DNA of 22,561 nt from a bacterium (GTDB lineage: Bacteria > Fidelibacterota > Marinisomatia > Marinisomatales > UBA1611): assembly GCA_038127595.1 (NCBI GenBank), contig JAYPIC010000011.1:20120-42680 (forward strand). The letters are read 5' to 3'. Shown piece after piece: positions 1 to 9,026 of this stretch. Under the pieces are notes generated by a model. That model had not been told where the DNA came from, made no database searches, and was given only the letters and a program-made list of their open reading frames with translations. Position 1 is the stretch's first letter. Every line of letters begins with the position of its first letter. A program made the translations under genes and the position numbers.

Positions 1-120
1 CTTAGCATCGTTAGTCTTTATTTTTTTATGTAAATCTAGCTGTCAAGCTAAATTCCTTATTTAAGCTTTACGATTACAAACTTTTCGTCCGAGCTTACGA
101 CCCTTCTTCTTATGTCGCAT
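1..120 (-). pseudogene. rplQ: 50S ribosomal protein L17, 5' fragment truncated by the window edge, with two in-frame stops (possibly a sequencing artefact)
   Basis: Manual translation from ATG at 120 gives MRHKKKGRKLGRKVCNRKA*IRNLA*QLDLHKKIKTNDAK. This matches the L17 N-terminus (MRH..GRKLGR...RKALLRNLA..L..H..IKTT.AK) and lies in the canonical position 4 bp after rpoA. TAA is at 61-63 and TGA at 43-45. Confidence 0.85.
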
Positions 121-124
121 TTTA

Positions 125-1096
125 TTATCCCTCTTCCGCCATAATTTTACTAATATCCATCCCAAAATGGAGACCCATTGAACTTAATTTATCAACAAGC
201 TCAGTCAAGGATTTTCTACCAAAATTTTTATACTTAAGCATTTGGTTTTCTTCTTTACTTACTAATTCGTGAATGTATTTTATTCCCGCTGCTTGTAAAC
301 AATTAAAACTTCTAACTGAGAGTTCCATTTCATCGATCGCTTGATTTAACAAACCACGTAAAGCAAGGGTTTCATCAGAAACGCCTTTAGAAATCTCTAA
401 AATTTCAGGGTTGGCGATAGCTTCGACAAACTTCAAATGATCTCTTATATAAGTCGCTGAATAACTTATCGCATCCTTAGGGTTTATTGAGCCATCAGTT
501 TGTACATTCATAGTTAAAATTTCAATTGGGTCTTTAGCTCCTGGTACTGGCTTCACATCGTAACTAACTTTTGTTACTGGATTAAAGATACTATCAATCG
601 AAATAGTACCTAGAGGCAAATTTGGTAATTCATTTTCCTCAGATGGTACATATCCCATACCAATACCAATTCTAATTTCCATATCTAGCTTTCCACTAGA
701 GTTAACCTCCGTGATATATTGTTCAGGATTAAGTATCTCAAATTGGTCACTAGCATCTTGTAAATCTTTAGCTGTTACAACAGACTTACCTTTAAAAGAA
801 AGATTAATCTTATCTGGATTATTATCCATAAGTCTGAACCTAATTAATTTTAGATTCATTATAATATCAGCGACATCGTCCTTAACACCTTTGATTGATG
901 AAAACTCATGTTCGACACCTTCAATTTTTAAATGAGTAATTGCAGCACCGGGAATACTTGTAAGTAAAACTCTTCTCATTGCGTTACCTAAAGTTATACC
1001 ATATCCTCTACTTAGTGGCTCAATAGTAAATTGGCCATTCGTTTTTGATAAAGATGCTTCATCAGTTTGAACTTTTAAATTAAATGATTTATCCAT
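125..1096 (-). CDS. rpoA: DNA-directed RNA polymerase subunit alpha
   Basis: EPL.RGYG.TLGNAMRRVLL, EHEFSSIKGV, DSIFNPV and alpha-CTD LSVRSFNCL...KNFGRKSL motifs; follows rpsD. Confidence 0.99.
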   Translation of the reverse strand: MDKSFNLKVQTDEASLSKTNGQFTIEPLSRGYGITLGNAMRRVLLTSIPGAAITHLKIEGVEHEFSSIKGVKDDVADIIMNLKLIRFRLMDNNPDKINLSFKGKSVVTAKDLQDASDQFEILNPEQYITEVNSSGKLDMEIRIGIGMGYVPSEENELPNLPLGTISIDSIFNPVTKVSYDVKPVPGAKDPIEILTMNVQTDGSINPKDAISYSATYIRDHLKFVEAIANPEILEISKGVSDETLALRGLLNQAIDEMELSVRSFNCLQAAGIKYIHELVSKEENQMLKYKNFGRKSLTELVDKLSSMGLHFGMDISKIMAEEG

Positions 1097-1125
1097 TGAT
1101 AATATATCCTTTTTCTTATCTGTAA

Positions 1126-1743
1126 TTATTTAGAGTATAGCTCCACTACTAGCTGCTCGTTTACTGTTAAATTCATTTGATCTCTTTCAGGAACATTCAA
1201 AAAAATACCTGTCATTTTAGCTTTATCTAGTTCCAGCCAAGAGAGGTCAATATCTCCTTTGATTGTTCTTATAGAATTCAAAATAATATCCATTTTTTTA
1301 CTTCTATCTCTTACTGAAATAGTATCCCCTGGCTTTAATGTGTATGAGGGAATATTTACAGCAATTCCATTAACTAGAAAGTGTTTGTGACTTACTAATT
1401 GTCTAGCTGCAGGGCGAGTGGGAGAAAAACCAAGCCTATAAACGACATTATCTAATCTACTCTCAAGTAACTGAAGCATGTTTGTACCAGTTTCACCTTT
1501 AAGCTTCTCCGCTTTTTTAAAAGTTATTCTAAACTGTTTTTCTAACAATCCATACATAAACTTAATTTTTTGCTTTTCTTGAAGCTGAGTTCCGTAGTTA
1601 GAAATTTTACCTCTTCTAGTTTGAGCGTGTTGGCCTGGACCATAAGGCTTCCGATTGAGCAATCTATCATATTTAGGGTTTCCGAAAATATTCTCACCGA
1701 ATTTTCTTACTAATTTTCCTCTAGGTGTATTTATTTTTGCCAT
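1126..1743 (-). CDS. rpsD: 30S ribosomal protein S4 (no zinc-binding cysteines)
   Basis: PGQH, YG.QL.EKQK, LESRLDNVVYRLGF, ARQLVSH.H and VVELYSK motifs. Confidence 0.99.
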   Translation of the reverse strand: MAKINTPRGKLVRKFGENIFGNPKYDRLLNRKPYGPGQHAQTRRGKISNYGTQLQEKQKIKFMYGLLEKQFRITFKKAEKLKGETGTNMLQLLESRLDNVVYRLGFSPTRPAARQLVSHKHFLVNGIAVNIPSYTLKPGDTISVRDRSKKMDIILNSIRTIKGDIDLSWLELDKAKMTGIFLNVPERDQMNLTVNEQLVVELYSK

Positions 1744-1768
1744 ATTAAAAATTCACTTTCAGTTTAAA

Positions 1769-2152
1769 TTATACTCGCCTTCTTTTTGGGGGACGACAGC
1801 CATTGTGAGGAAGAGGAGTTACATCTTTTATTGATGTAATTTGCAAGCCAGAAACAGCCAGCGCTCTAATTGCGGACTCCCTACCTGCTCCAGGTCCTTT
1901 CACTTCTACAGAAATACTTGATATACCAAGAGACAAAGCTGACTCCGCTACTTTTTGAGCAGTTAAAGTGGCAGCATATGCCGTACTTTTTCTTGAACCT
2001 TTAAATCCTGATGAACCAGCTTTTTGCCAAATCAATACATTCCCATATTTATCAGAAATTGTAACATGTGTATTATTAAAAGTTGATTTAATATGCGCAA
2101 CAGCATTTGTATCGACTACTTTTTTCTTTTTTTTCTGTTTATTTTCAGCCAA
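1769..2152 (-). CDS. rpsK: 30S ribosomal protein S11 (TTG start)
   Basis: [29 protein letters not shown] and [18 protein letters not shown] motifs; SD GAGGT upstream of TTG. Confidence 0.99.
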   Translation of the reverse strand: MAENKQKKKKKVVDTNAVAHIKSTFNNTHVTISDKYGNVLIWQKAGSSGFKGSRKSTAYAATLTAQKVAESALSLGISSISVEVKGPGAGRESAIRALAVSGLQITSIKDVTPLPHNGCRPPKRRRV

Positions 2153-2173
2153 AATTTTACCTCAAATTCTTTT

Positions 2174-2551
2174 TTATATAGCTTTCTTTCCTAAACCTAT
2201 AGTTCTTTTTTTACCTTTACGAGTTCTAGCATTTGTTTTTGTCCTTTGACCATTAGAAGGAAGACCACGCCTATGCCTAAGACCTCTGTAAGCACCAACA
2301 TCTTTGAGCCTTTTTATGTTCATAGCATTCAAAGAACGCAACTCACCTTCAACATTCATCTCTAAAGAACTTATTACTGCTCTAATAGAACTGATTTGCT
2401 TCTCACTCAGCTCTTGAACTCTTTTGTCTGTATCTATTTTTGCAGTTTTACAAATTTCTAATGCAGTTGACATTCCGATACCATGAATGTAGCAAAGAGA
2501 AAAAGCAATCTTCTTATTTCTTGGTATATCTACACCTACTATTCTAGCCAT
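2174..2551 (-). CDS. rpsM: 30S ribosomal protein S13
   Basis: True start is ATG at 2551 ([10 protein letters not shown], 125 aa, SD AAGGA). The ORF-track start at 2590 lies inside rpm[25 protein letters not shown] motif present. Confidence 0.98.
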   Translation of the reverse strand: MARIVGVDIPRNKKIAFSLCYIHGIGMSTALEICKTAKIDTDKRVQELSEKQISSIRAVISSLEMNVEGELRSLNAMNIKRLKDVGAYRGLRHRRGLPSNGQRTKTNARTRKGKKRTIGLGKKAI

Positions 2552-2555
2552 TGTA

Positions 2556-2669
2556 TTATCCTTGCCTTTGTTTATGCTTGGGATTCTCACATATAACTAA
2601 CACGATACCCTTACGCTTTATTATTTTACATTTAGTACACATTTTTTTTACAGATGCTCGAACTTTCAT
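2556..2669 (-). CDS. rpmJ: 50S ribosomal protein L36 (zinc-ribbon type)
   Basis: Not in the ORF track. Manual translation gives [37 protein letters not shown] (37 aa, C-x2-C...C-x4-H). Confidence 0.98.
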   Translation of the reverse strand: MKVRASVKKMCTKCKIIKRKGIVLVICENPKHKQRQG

Positions 2670-2672
2670 AAA

Positions 2673-2900
2673 TTATTTCTTTCTATAGACTATTCTAGCT
2701 CTAGTTAAATCATATGGGCTCATTTCAAGCGTAACTACATCCCCTGGTAAAATTTTAATAAAGTGCATCCTCATTTTTCCACTAACATGGGCCAATACAG
2801 TATGACTATCACCCCCAATTTCAACATCAACACGGAACATTGCATTGGGTAAAGTCTCCTTTATAGTTCCATCAATGGTGATCGCTTTTTCCTTAGCCAT
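2673..2900 (-). CDS. infA: Translation initiation factor IF-1
   Basis: MAKE.AI..DG...[28 protein letters not shown] and SPYDLTR.RI.YR motifs. Confidence 0.99.
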   Translation of the reverse strand: MAKEKAITIDGTIKETLPNAMFRVDVEIGGDSHTVLAHVSGKMRMHFIKILPGDVVTLEMSPYDLTRARIVYRKK

Positions 2901-3651
2901 TATAACTAACCTTACTTAAAATTTTAGGACCATCGTCCAAAATTGCTATTGTATGTTCAAAGTGAGCAGATGCTTTACCATCAGCTGTTAGAATAGTCCA
3001 GCCATCTTTTGCAGTGTATATTTCCCTTCCACCAAGATTAATCATTGGCTCAATTGCAATACACATTCCAGCATGAAGCTTATAACCTTGACTGGGAGTG
3101 CCATAGTTAGGCACCTGGGGTTCTTCATGTAGATTTTCACCAATCCCATGACCAACCAATTCCCTGACAACAGAAAAGCCATTTGATTCAGCATGAGTTT
3201 GGACAGCATGCCCAATATCACCAACAAAGTTACCAGGCACTGCCTTCTCAATTCCTTTATAAAGTGATTCTTCAGTAATATCCATTAATTTTTTCTTTTC
3301 ACTGCTGATTTTACCCACAGAAAAAGTTTTTGCATGATCGCCATAATACCCATTTACCTCAGCGCCGCAATCTATACCAACAATTTGTCCTTCTTTTAAC
3401 TCAATGTCTCCAGGTATACCATGAACCACAGCATCTTCAATTGAAATGCAAAGCGTTGAAGGGAAACCCATGTAACCCTTAAATGCAGGTCTGGCCCCTT
3501 GGGAGGTGATAAAATTTTCTGCTTTTTTATCTAGATCAGATATTAAGGCACCTGGAACAACGAATTCTGAGAGCATATCTATTGTATCCGCTACAATCTG
3601 ACAACTTCTGGAAATCATTTTAATTTCATTTTCAGAGCGCTTGTAGACCAT
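2893..3651 (-). CDS. map: Methionine aminopeptidase, type I
   Basis: VVHGIP, IDCG, YYGDHA, GHGIG..LHEEP, AIEPM and AHFEHT metal/substrate motifs; follows secY. Confidence 0.98.
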   Translation of the reverse strand: MVYKRSENEIKMISRSCQIVADTIDMLSEFVVPGALISDLDKKAENFITSQGARPAFKGYMGFPSTLCISIEDAVVHGIPGDIELKEGQIVGIDCGAEVNGYYGDHAKTFSVGKISSEKKKLMDITEESLYKGIEKAVPGNFVGDIGHAVQTHAESNGFSVVRELVGHGIGENLHEEPQVPNYGTPSQGYKLHAGMCIAIEPMINLGGREIYTAKDGWTILTADGKASAHFEHTIAILDDGPKILSKVSYNG

Positions 3652-4964
3652 TACATCCTTCTCCTACCACGTATTTTACCCTTAGTTAAAAAACCGTCAT
3701 AATGGCGCATCATCAAATGGGATTCTAATTGCTGCAAAGTATCCAACGCAACACCAACAATTATTAGTAAACTCGTTCCTCCAAAAAATGATGCGAAGTC
3801 ATACTCAACATCCATAGTTTGCATCAGAATGTATGGGAAAATAGCTACCAAAGCTAACGCAATTGAACCAGGAAGAGTCACTTTTGATAGGATATTATCA
3901 ATATACTCAGAAGTTTTTTTGCCAGGCCTAACTCCTGGAATAAACCCACCCTGCTGTTTCATTTGAGAACTTACTTGTACTGGGTCAAATGCAATAGCAG
4001 TGTAGAAATAAGTAAAGAAAACTATCATTAACCCAAAAAATAACCAGTATATAGGGTGCTCAAATGAAAACCAACGCATTATGCTGGCAGAAAAATCACT
4101 ATCAGAAAAAAAAGTTGAAATAGTGCTGGGAATAAACATTATTGATTGAGCAAAAATGATTGGCATTACACCTGCTGTATTTACCCTTAAAGGAATGTGG
4201 GTGTTTTGTCCACCATATACTTTCCTACCAACAACTCTTTTTGCGTATTGAACTGGAATTTTTCTTGTTCCTTGTGTCAATAGGACCACAAAGCATATGA
4301 CTAGAAACATAATTCCCATTAAAATAATTTCGGATATGAAGAGCTTTTCCCCTGCCATTACAGCTCTTACTTCATTACCAATGACAAAAGGCAAGCGAGA
4401 AATTATCCCAACCATGATTATGAGCGAAATACCATTCCCTATACCGCTTTCAGTTACTTTTTCACCCATCCACATAAGCAGTATAGTACCAGTTACCATA
4501 CTTACAATTGCTGTAAAGACAAATAAAAATCCAGGATTAATTACTACCTGAAGCTCTTTTTCTAAAAAAACAGTAACACCATAGGACTGCATGGCTGCAA
4601 TTAGAACAGTGCCATATCGGGTGATTTGCGTGATTTTTTTACGTCCTGCTTCACCTTCTTTTTGCAGTCTTTGGAAATAAGGTAAAACAGAGCCCATGAG
4701 CTGTATAATTATAGATGATGATATATAAGGCATTATTCCTAAAGAAAAAAGCGATGCTTTTTCAAAAGCACCACCCACAAACATGTTAAATAAACCAAAT
4801 AATGTGTCTTGCAACCTATCAAAAGCACCAGCCAATGCATTAGCATCTACTCCAGGTATGGGAATGTGCGCGCCAACTCTAACAACAATCAGAATGGAAA
4901 AGGTAAAAAAGATTTTATCTCTTAGTTCAGGAATACTAAAAATTGTCTTAATTTTATCAATCAT
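3651..4964 (-). CDS. secY: Preprotein translocase subunit SecY
   Basis: LGIMPYISSSIIIQL, GIGNGISLII, AGVMPIIFA, FIPGVRPG and GGTSLLIIVGV motifs; multiple hydrophobic segments. Confidence 0.99.
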   Translation of the reverse strand: MIDKIKTIFSIPELRDKIFFTFSILIVVRVGAHIPIPGVDANALAGAFDRLQDTLFGLFNMFVGGAFEKASLFSLGIMPYISSSIIIQLMGSVLPYFQRLQKEGEAGRKKITQITRYGTVLIAAMQSYGVTVFLEKELQVVINPGFLFVFTAIVSMVTGTILLMWMGEKVTESGIGNGISLIIMVGIISRLPFVIGNEVRAVMAGEKLFISEIILMGIMFLVICFVVLLTQGTRKIPVQYAKRVVGRKVYGGQNTHIPLRVNTAGVMPIIFAQSIMFIPSTISTFFSDSDFSASIMRWFSFEHPIYWLFFGLMIVFFTYFYTAIAFDPVQVSSQMKQQGGFIPGVRPGKKTSEYIDNILSKVTLPGSIALALVAIFPYILMQTMDVEYDFASFFGGTSLLIIVGVALDTLQQLESHLMMRHYDGFLTKGKIRGRRRM

Positions 4965-5401
4965 AAGATAATGATTTCTCCACCAGCTTTTTCAATTTTT
5001 TCCTTTGCTGTTGTACTAAAAGCAGAGGCAGAGATTTTTATTTTTTTTTCAATTGAGCCATTACCAAGAATCTTAACTGGTTTAAGCGATGAACGAATCA
5101 GACCAGAATCCTTTAGAAAGACAGGATCAATTGCTAAGCCATCTTTAAGATTAATAATATCACCAATATTAACAATTTGATATTTTTCTTTAAAAATATT
5201 CGTAAACCCTCTCCTGGGCAACCTACGAGCAAGAGGCATTTGACCACCTTCGAACCATGCTCTTTTCTTGTTACCAGAACGTTGCCCTGCACCCTTGTGA
5301 CCCCTTCCAGATGTTTTACCTAATCCAGAGCCATGTCCCCTGCCTTTTCTTTTTTTCTTTGATATAGAACCATTTACTGGTGACAATGAGTCTAGTTTCA
5401 T
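4961..5401 (-). CDS. rplO: 50S ribosomal protein L15
   Basis: [17 protein letters not shown] and [15 protein letters not shown] motifs. Confidence 0.99.
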   Translation of the reverse strand: MKLDSLSPVNGSISKKKRKGRGHGSGLGKTSGRGHKGAGQRSGNKKRAWFEGGQMPLARRLPRRGFTNIFKEKYQIVNIGDIINLKDGLAIDPVFLKDSGLIRSSLKPVKILGNGSIEKKIKISASAFSTTAKEKIEKAGGEIIIL

Positions 5402-5577
5402 TTTTTTACCTCTGAAACATTAATCAAAAATTCTACTTTTTTTATCATTCCTCTAATTTGTGGCGTATCTTTTTTAACAACAGAGTGATTAAGCTTTTTC
5501 AAACCTAACGCTAGGATAGTTGCTTTAGCTTTAGGTTTATATCCAATAGGACTCTTTATGAGCTGAATTTTCAACAT
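5398..5577 (-). CDS. rpmD: 50S ribosomal protein L30
   Basis: Not in the ORF track. Manual translation gives [59 protein letters not shown] (59 aa), with an ATGA overlap with rplO. Confidence 0.97.
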   Translation of the reverse strand: MLKIQLIKSPIGYKPKAKATILALGLKKLNHSVVKKDTPQIRGMIKKVEFLINVSEVKK

Positions 5578-5578
5578 A

Positions 5579-6082
5579 TTAATTAAAAACCTCTTTTATG
5601 GTCATTTGTCTTCTATTTGCAATTGCAACAGCATCTTTAAGATTCAATAATCCATTTAATGTTGCATACACGAGATTCATAGCATTCTTTGAACCGTAAC
5701 GCTTAGTTAAAATATTTTGGATACCTACTTGTTCCATAACCGCTCTAACAGGACCACCAGCAATTATTCCGGTACCGGGAGATGCTGGCTTGAGCATTAC
5801 TCTACTGGCACCATGCTTACCAATTATTTTGTGAGGTATAGTGCTATTAATTAAAGGAACTTTAAACATATTTCTTTTGGCGATTTCTTTTCCTTTTTGA
5901 ATACATACAATCACTTCATTTGCTTTGCCAAGACCAATACCAATATGACCTTTCCCATCACCAATAGCAACCAAAGCAGAAAACCTAAACCTTTTCCCCC
6001 TCGATGTAACTTTTGCAGTCCTATTAATTTTTATAACAGATTCCTCTAGCAAATCTAATTCAGATGGATTTATTGTTGCCAA
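5579..6082 (-). CDS. rpsE: 30S ribosomal protein S5 (TTG start)
   Basis: INR.AKV, F.FSALV.IGD..G.IG.G.GKA.EV and [17 protein letters not shown] motifs; SD AGGAG. Confidence 0.99.
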   Translation of the reverse strand: MATINPSELDLLEESVIKINRTAKVTSRGKRFRFSALVAIGDGKGHIGIGLGKANEVIVCIQKGKEIAKRNMFKVPLINSTIPHKIIGKHGASRVMLKPASPGTGIIAGGPVRAVMEQVGIQNILTKRYGSKNAMNLVYATLNGLLNLKDAVAIANRRQMTIKEVFN

Positions 6083-6093
6083 TTTCTACTCCT

Positions 6094-6465
6094 TTAAAAT
6101 TCTAAACCTTCTTCACGGGCAGCGTCAGCGAACGCTTTAACACGACCATGAAAGGGATAACCATTTCTGTCGAAAACTACTTTTTTAATTCTACTATCAA
6201 TAGCTTTTTTAGCTATCGTCTGACCAATAATTATTGAGACTTCAGTTTTACTTTTTGAAGAAGCAATTGCTTTTTTTAAGCTAGAATCTTTTGAAGATGC
6301 AGAGATGATGGTCTTGGATTCAAAATCATTGATGATCTGACCTTCAAAATGTCTATTGCTCCTGTAAACAACTAGTCTAGGATATTTTTCATGAAACATA
6401 GAAGTCGATTTACTTCTATTTCTCCTACGATTTTTTCTACGATAATTATTGTTTAAAATACCCAT
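6094..6465 (-). CDS. rplR: 50S ribosomal protein L18
   Basis: PRLVVYRSN.H and VVFDRNGY.FHGRVKAFADAARE.GLEF motifs. Confidence 0.98.
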   Translation of the reverse strand: MGILNNNYRRKNRRRNRSKSTSMFHEKYPRLVVYRSNRHFEGQIINDFESKTIISASSKDSSLKKAIASSKSKTEVSIIIGQTIAKKAIDSRIKKVVFDRNGYPFHGRVKAFADAAREEGLEF

Positions 6466-7001
6466 TATTCACCAACTGTCTTGCCTTGCTTAATTTTAAT
6501 ATATTCATCTTTATATCTAACACCTTTGCCTTTGTAGGGCTCGGGCTTCCTAAAAGACCTAATTTTTGATGCAACTGAACCAACTAATTGCTTGTCATTT
6601 CCTTTCACAGAAATAGCTGTACGATCAGCCTCAATGATTATGCCATCTGGAAAATCAAAAAATATATCATGCGAGTAACCTAACTGCAGTTTTAGTCTAT
6701 TACCTTGGACACTCGCTTGATAGCCGACCCCAACAATTTCAAGATCTTTTTTAAAACCATCGGATACCCCGATGACCATATTATTTATAATCTGCCTTGT
6801 TGTACCATGCATAGATTTGCTAACTGAACTGTCATTTATTCTTTCAAAATAAATAACATTCTCATTTAATGTAATTTTAATATTTTTGTGAAGATAATGA
6901 GTATGGGTACCATTTTTACCAGAAACTTCAATAGTACGACCATCAACATTCACTTTCACTCCTTCCGGAATAGTGATTGGATTATTTCCTACTCTAGACA
7001 T
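6465..7001 (-). CDS. rplF: 50S ribosomal protein L6
   Basis: MSRVG..PI, GVGY.A, LGYSH and RKPEPYKGKGVRY motifs. Confidence 0.99.
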   Translation of the reverse strand: MSRVGNNPITIPEGVKVNVDGRTIEVSGKNGTHTHYLHKNIKITLNENVIYFERINDSSVSKSMHGTTRQIINNMVIGVSDGFKKDLEIVGVGYQASVQGNRLKLQLGYSHDIFFDFPDGIIIEADRTAISVKGNDKQLVGSVASKIRSFRKPEPYKGKGVRYKDEYIKIKQGKTVGE

Positions 7002-7003
7002 TA

Positions 7004-7402
7004 CTAAAACACCTCACAAAGCAACTCGCCACCAACATTTAATTTTTTAGCAGTTTTATTGCTGATTACACCTTTTGAAGTAGAAAGTATTGAAATCCCT
7101 AGACCATCTAGTACTCTAGGTATATCTTGGCTACTAACATATATGCGCTGACCCGGCCTACTACACCTTTTAATATTTTCAATAACTGAGACACCATTAA
7201 AATCATACTTTAGAAAAATTCTGATAGTTTGAAAATCACCATTATTAATGAAGAAAAAATCTTTTATATATTTTTCTTCCTTTAATACATAAGCAATTCT
7301 TTTCTTCATATTTGAAGAAGGAATATCTACCCATCTTTTTTCAGCACGATAGGCATTTCTAATTCTAGTTAAAAAATCTGCTATAGGATCAGTCATTGAC
7401 AT
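7004..7402 (-). CDS. rpsH: 30S ribosomal protein S8
   Basis: MTDPIADFLTRIRNA, SRPG.RIY, GLGISILSTSKG and GGELLC motifs. Confidence 0.99.
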   Translation of the reverse strand: MSMTDPIADFLTRIRNAYRAEKRWVDIPSSNMKKRIAYVLKEEKYIKDFFFINNGDFQTIRIFLKYDFNGVSVIENIKRCSRPGQRIYVSSQDIPRVLDGLGISILSTSKGVISNKTAKKLNVGGELLCEVF

Positions 7403-7414
7403 ATATATATTTCC

Positions 7415-7720
7415 TTACCAACTTGCTTTCGTTACACCAGGAATTTCTCCATTAAGAGCCATCTCCCTAAATGAAAGTCTTGACAACTTAAATCTACTTA
7501 TCACCCCTCTCGGCCTTCCCGTTTTAAAACATCTATTTCTAACGCGAATGCGACTAGATGACTTAGGCAGTTTGTCCAATTTAGCTACAGCTGCTTCTTT
7601 GTCTTCAAGGGAGGAGTTTGGGCTTTTTATAATATTTTTTAATTCAGATCTCAATGAGGCATATTTTTGTACATTACGAATTAACTTCTGTTCACGAACT
7701 ATTTTTGATTTTTTTGCCAT
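7415..7720 (-). CDS. rpsN: 30S ribosomal protein S14, long zinc-free type (101 aa)
   Basis: MAKKS...RNRC..TGRPRG...F.LSR..FREMA..GEIPGV.KASW; only one Cys. Confidence 0.99.
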   Translation of the reverse strand: MAKKSKIVREQKLIRNVQKYASLRSELKNIIKSPNSSLEDKEAAVAKLDKLPKSSSRIRVRNRCFKTGRPRGVISRFKLSRLSFREMALNGEIPGVTKASW

Positions 7721-8346
7721 TATGCAGCCTCATCTATTGTATTTTTTGTAGGCTTCTCTCTTAAGGGGAAACCAAACTCTTTTAAAAGCCAGTAAGCTTC
7801 TTCATCAGTGTTAGCAGATGTACTAAGCGTAACATTTAAACCTCTTACAGAATCAATGTCATCATAATTAATCTCTGTGAAAATAATCTGCTCTTTTATT
7901 CCAAAATTATAATTACCTCTACCATCAAAGGATTTAAATGAGAGACCCCTAAAATCTCTACTCCGCGGAAGAGCTACACATGTCAGCCTCTCAAAAAATT
8001 CATACATTTTAGAAGATCTTAATGTAACTTTACAACCAACAGGGAAACCCTTCCTAATTTTAAAATTTGAGATATCGGACTTGGATTTTGTAACAACTGG
8101 CTTTTGACCAGTAATGAGCTCAAGCTCAGATATAGCACTTTCAAGTTTTTTACTATTAGTTTTAGCATCTCCAATGCCCATATTTAGAGAAATTGATAGT
8201 AGTTTTGGAACCTGCATTGAATTAACATAATTAAACCTAGACACCATAGCGGGAACAACACTTTCTTTATATAACTTTCTCATATTTGGTAGGTATGTTT
8301 CAGCTTTTTCCACTTTTTTAGAATTTGTATCTTTTTTGTTACTCAT
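7720..8346 (-). CDS. rplE: 50S ribosomal protein L5
   Basis: [44 protein letters not shown] and FDGRGNY motifs. Confidence 0.99.
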   Translation of the reverse strand: MSNKKDTNSKKVEKAETYLPNMRKLYKESVVPAMVSRFNYVNSMQVPKLLSISLNMGIGDAKTNSKKLESAISELELITGQKPVVTKSKSDISNFKIRKGFPVGCKVTLRSSKMYEFFERLTCVALPRSRDFRGLSFKSFDGRGNYNFGIKEQIIFTEINYDDIDSVRGLNVTLSTSANTDEEAYWLLKEFGFPLREKPTKNTIDEAA

Positions 8347-8654
8347 TGAATTTCAGATTCTTCATTTGTTTTCTTTAATATTCGAACTTTTGAGCCATCG
8401 TCAAGAACCCTATATCCTAAACGAGAAGTATCTCCCCCCTGCACAACTAAAACATTAGAAACATGTAGTGAGGCTTCTTTTTCAACAATACCTCCATTGG
8501 GGTTTTCTTGAGATGGCCTAGTAGATTTTTTTATAAAATTTACACCTTCGACAACAACTCTTTGTTTCTTTGGGGAGGAAAATAAAACTTTACCTTCTTG
8601 ACCTTTGTGTGCACCACTAATCACACGGACTTTCATTCCTTTTTTTATTAACAT
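8343..8654 (-). CDS. rplX: 50S ribosomal protein L24
   Basis: KOW motif IKKG..V.VISG.HKG..GKV, plus VEGVN and GGIVEKEA.LHVSNV. Confidence 0.99.
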   Translation of the reverse strand: MLIKKGMKVRVISGAHKGQEGKVLFSSPKKQRVVVEGVNFIKKSTRPSQENPNGGIVEKEASLHVSNVLVVQGGDTSRLGYRVLDDGSKVRILKKTNEESEIQ

Positions 8655-9023
8655 TTATAACACCTCCGGAGCTAATGAGACAATCCTCATAAAACCAGAC
8701 TCTCTTAATTCTCTGCCCACAGGACCAAAAATTCTAGTGCCTCTTGGCTCTCCTTGGCTATTTAATAAAACAGCAGCATTTTCGTCAAATCTGATAACAC
8801 TACCATCAGGCCTGCTATATTCTTTTTTGGTACGAACAACAACTGCTCGATGAACTTCCCCTTTACTGACCATACCACCTGGTATAGCCTTTTTGACAGT
8901 AATCACAATCTGATCTCCAACACTGGCATACTTACGCCCTGAGCCACCAAGAACTTTGAAACACAATATTTCCTTTGCTCCAGTATTATCAGCTACTTTT
9001 AATCTAGTTTCTTGCTGTATCAA
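8655..9023 (-). CDS. rplN: 50S ribosomal protein L14 (TTG start)
   Basis: [32 protein letters not shown] and SLAPEVL motifs. Confidence 0.99.
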   Translation of the reverse strand: MIQQETRLKVADNTGAKEILCFKVLGGSGRKYASVGDQIVITVKKAIPGGMVSKGEVHRAVVVRTKKEYSRPDGSVIRFDENAAVLLNSQGEPRGTRIFGPVGRELRESGFMRIVSLAPEVL

Positions 9024-9026
9024 TTT

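Noticed and set aside
43..63. Stop-codon reassignment (alternative genetic code) to explain the rplQ stops and the rpsG TGA
   Set aside because: Two different stops would need recoding. TAA ends most genes here, TGA ends rpmD, rplO and rplX at ATGA overlaps, and no complete gene contains an internal TGA or TAA.
1744..1768. Shared TGAAAGT...TAATATG upstream of rpsD and rpsG (17688-17701)
   Set aside because: Only two short instances with different spacing in AT-rich DNA, most simply weak SD-like sequences.
2119..2135. Poly-T/A tracts as phase-variation or frameshift sites (also near 5040 and 9370)
   Set aside because: They encode Lys-rich stretches in intact reading frames, typical of low-GC ribosomal protein genes.
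2552..2590. 13-aa N-terminal extension of S13 in the ORF track
   Set aside because: It overlaps rpmJ. The canonical MARI start with an SD is at 2551.
3042..3251. Alternate-frame minus-strand ORF inside map (likewise 13669-13854 inside rpsJ)
   Set aside because: Short, fully nested in conserved genes and without recognisable motifs, so consistent with chance.
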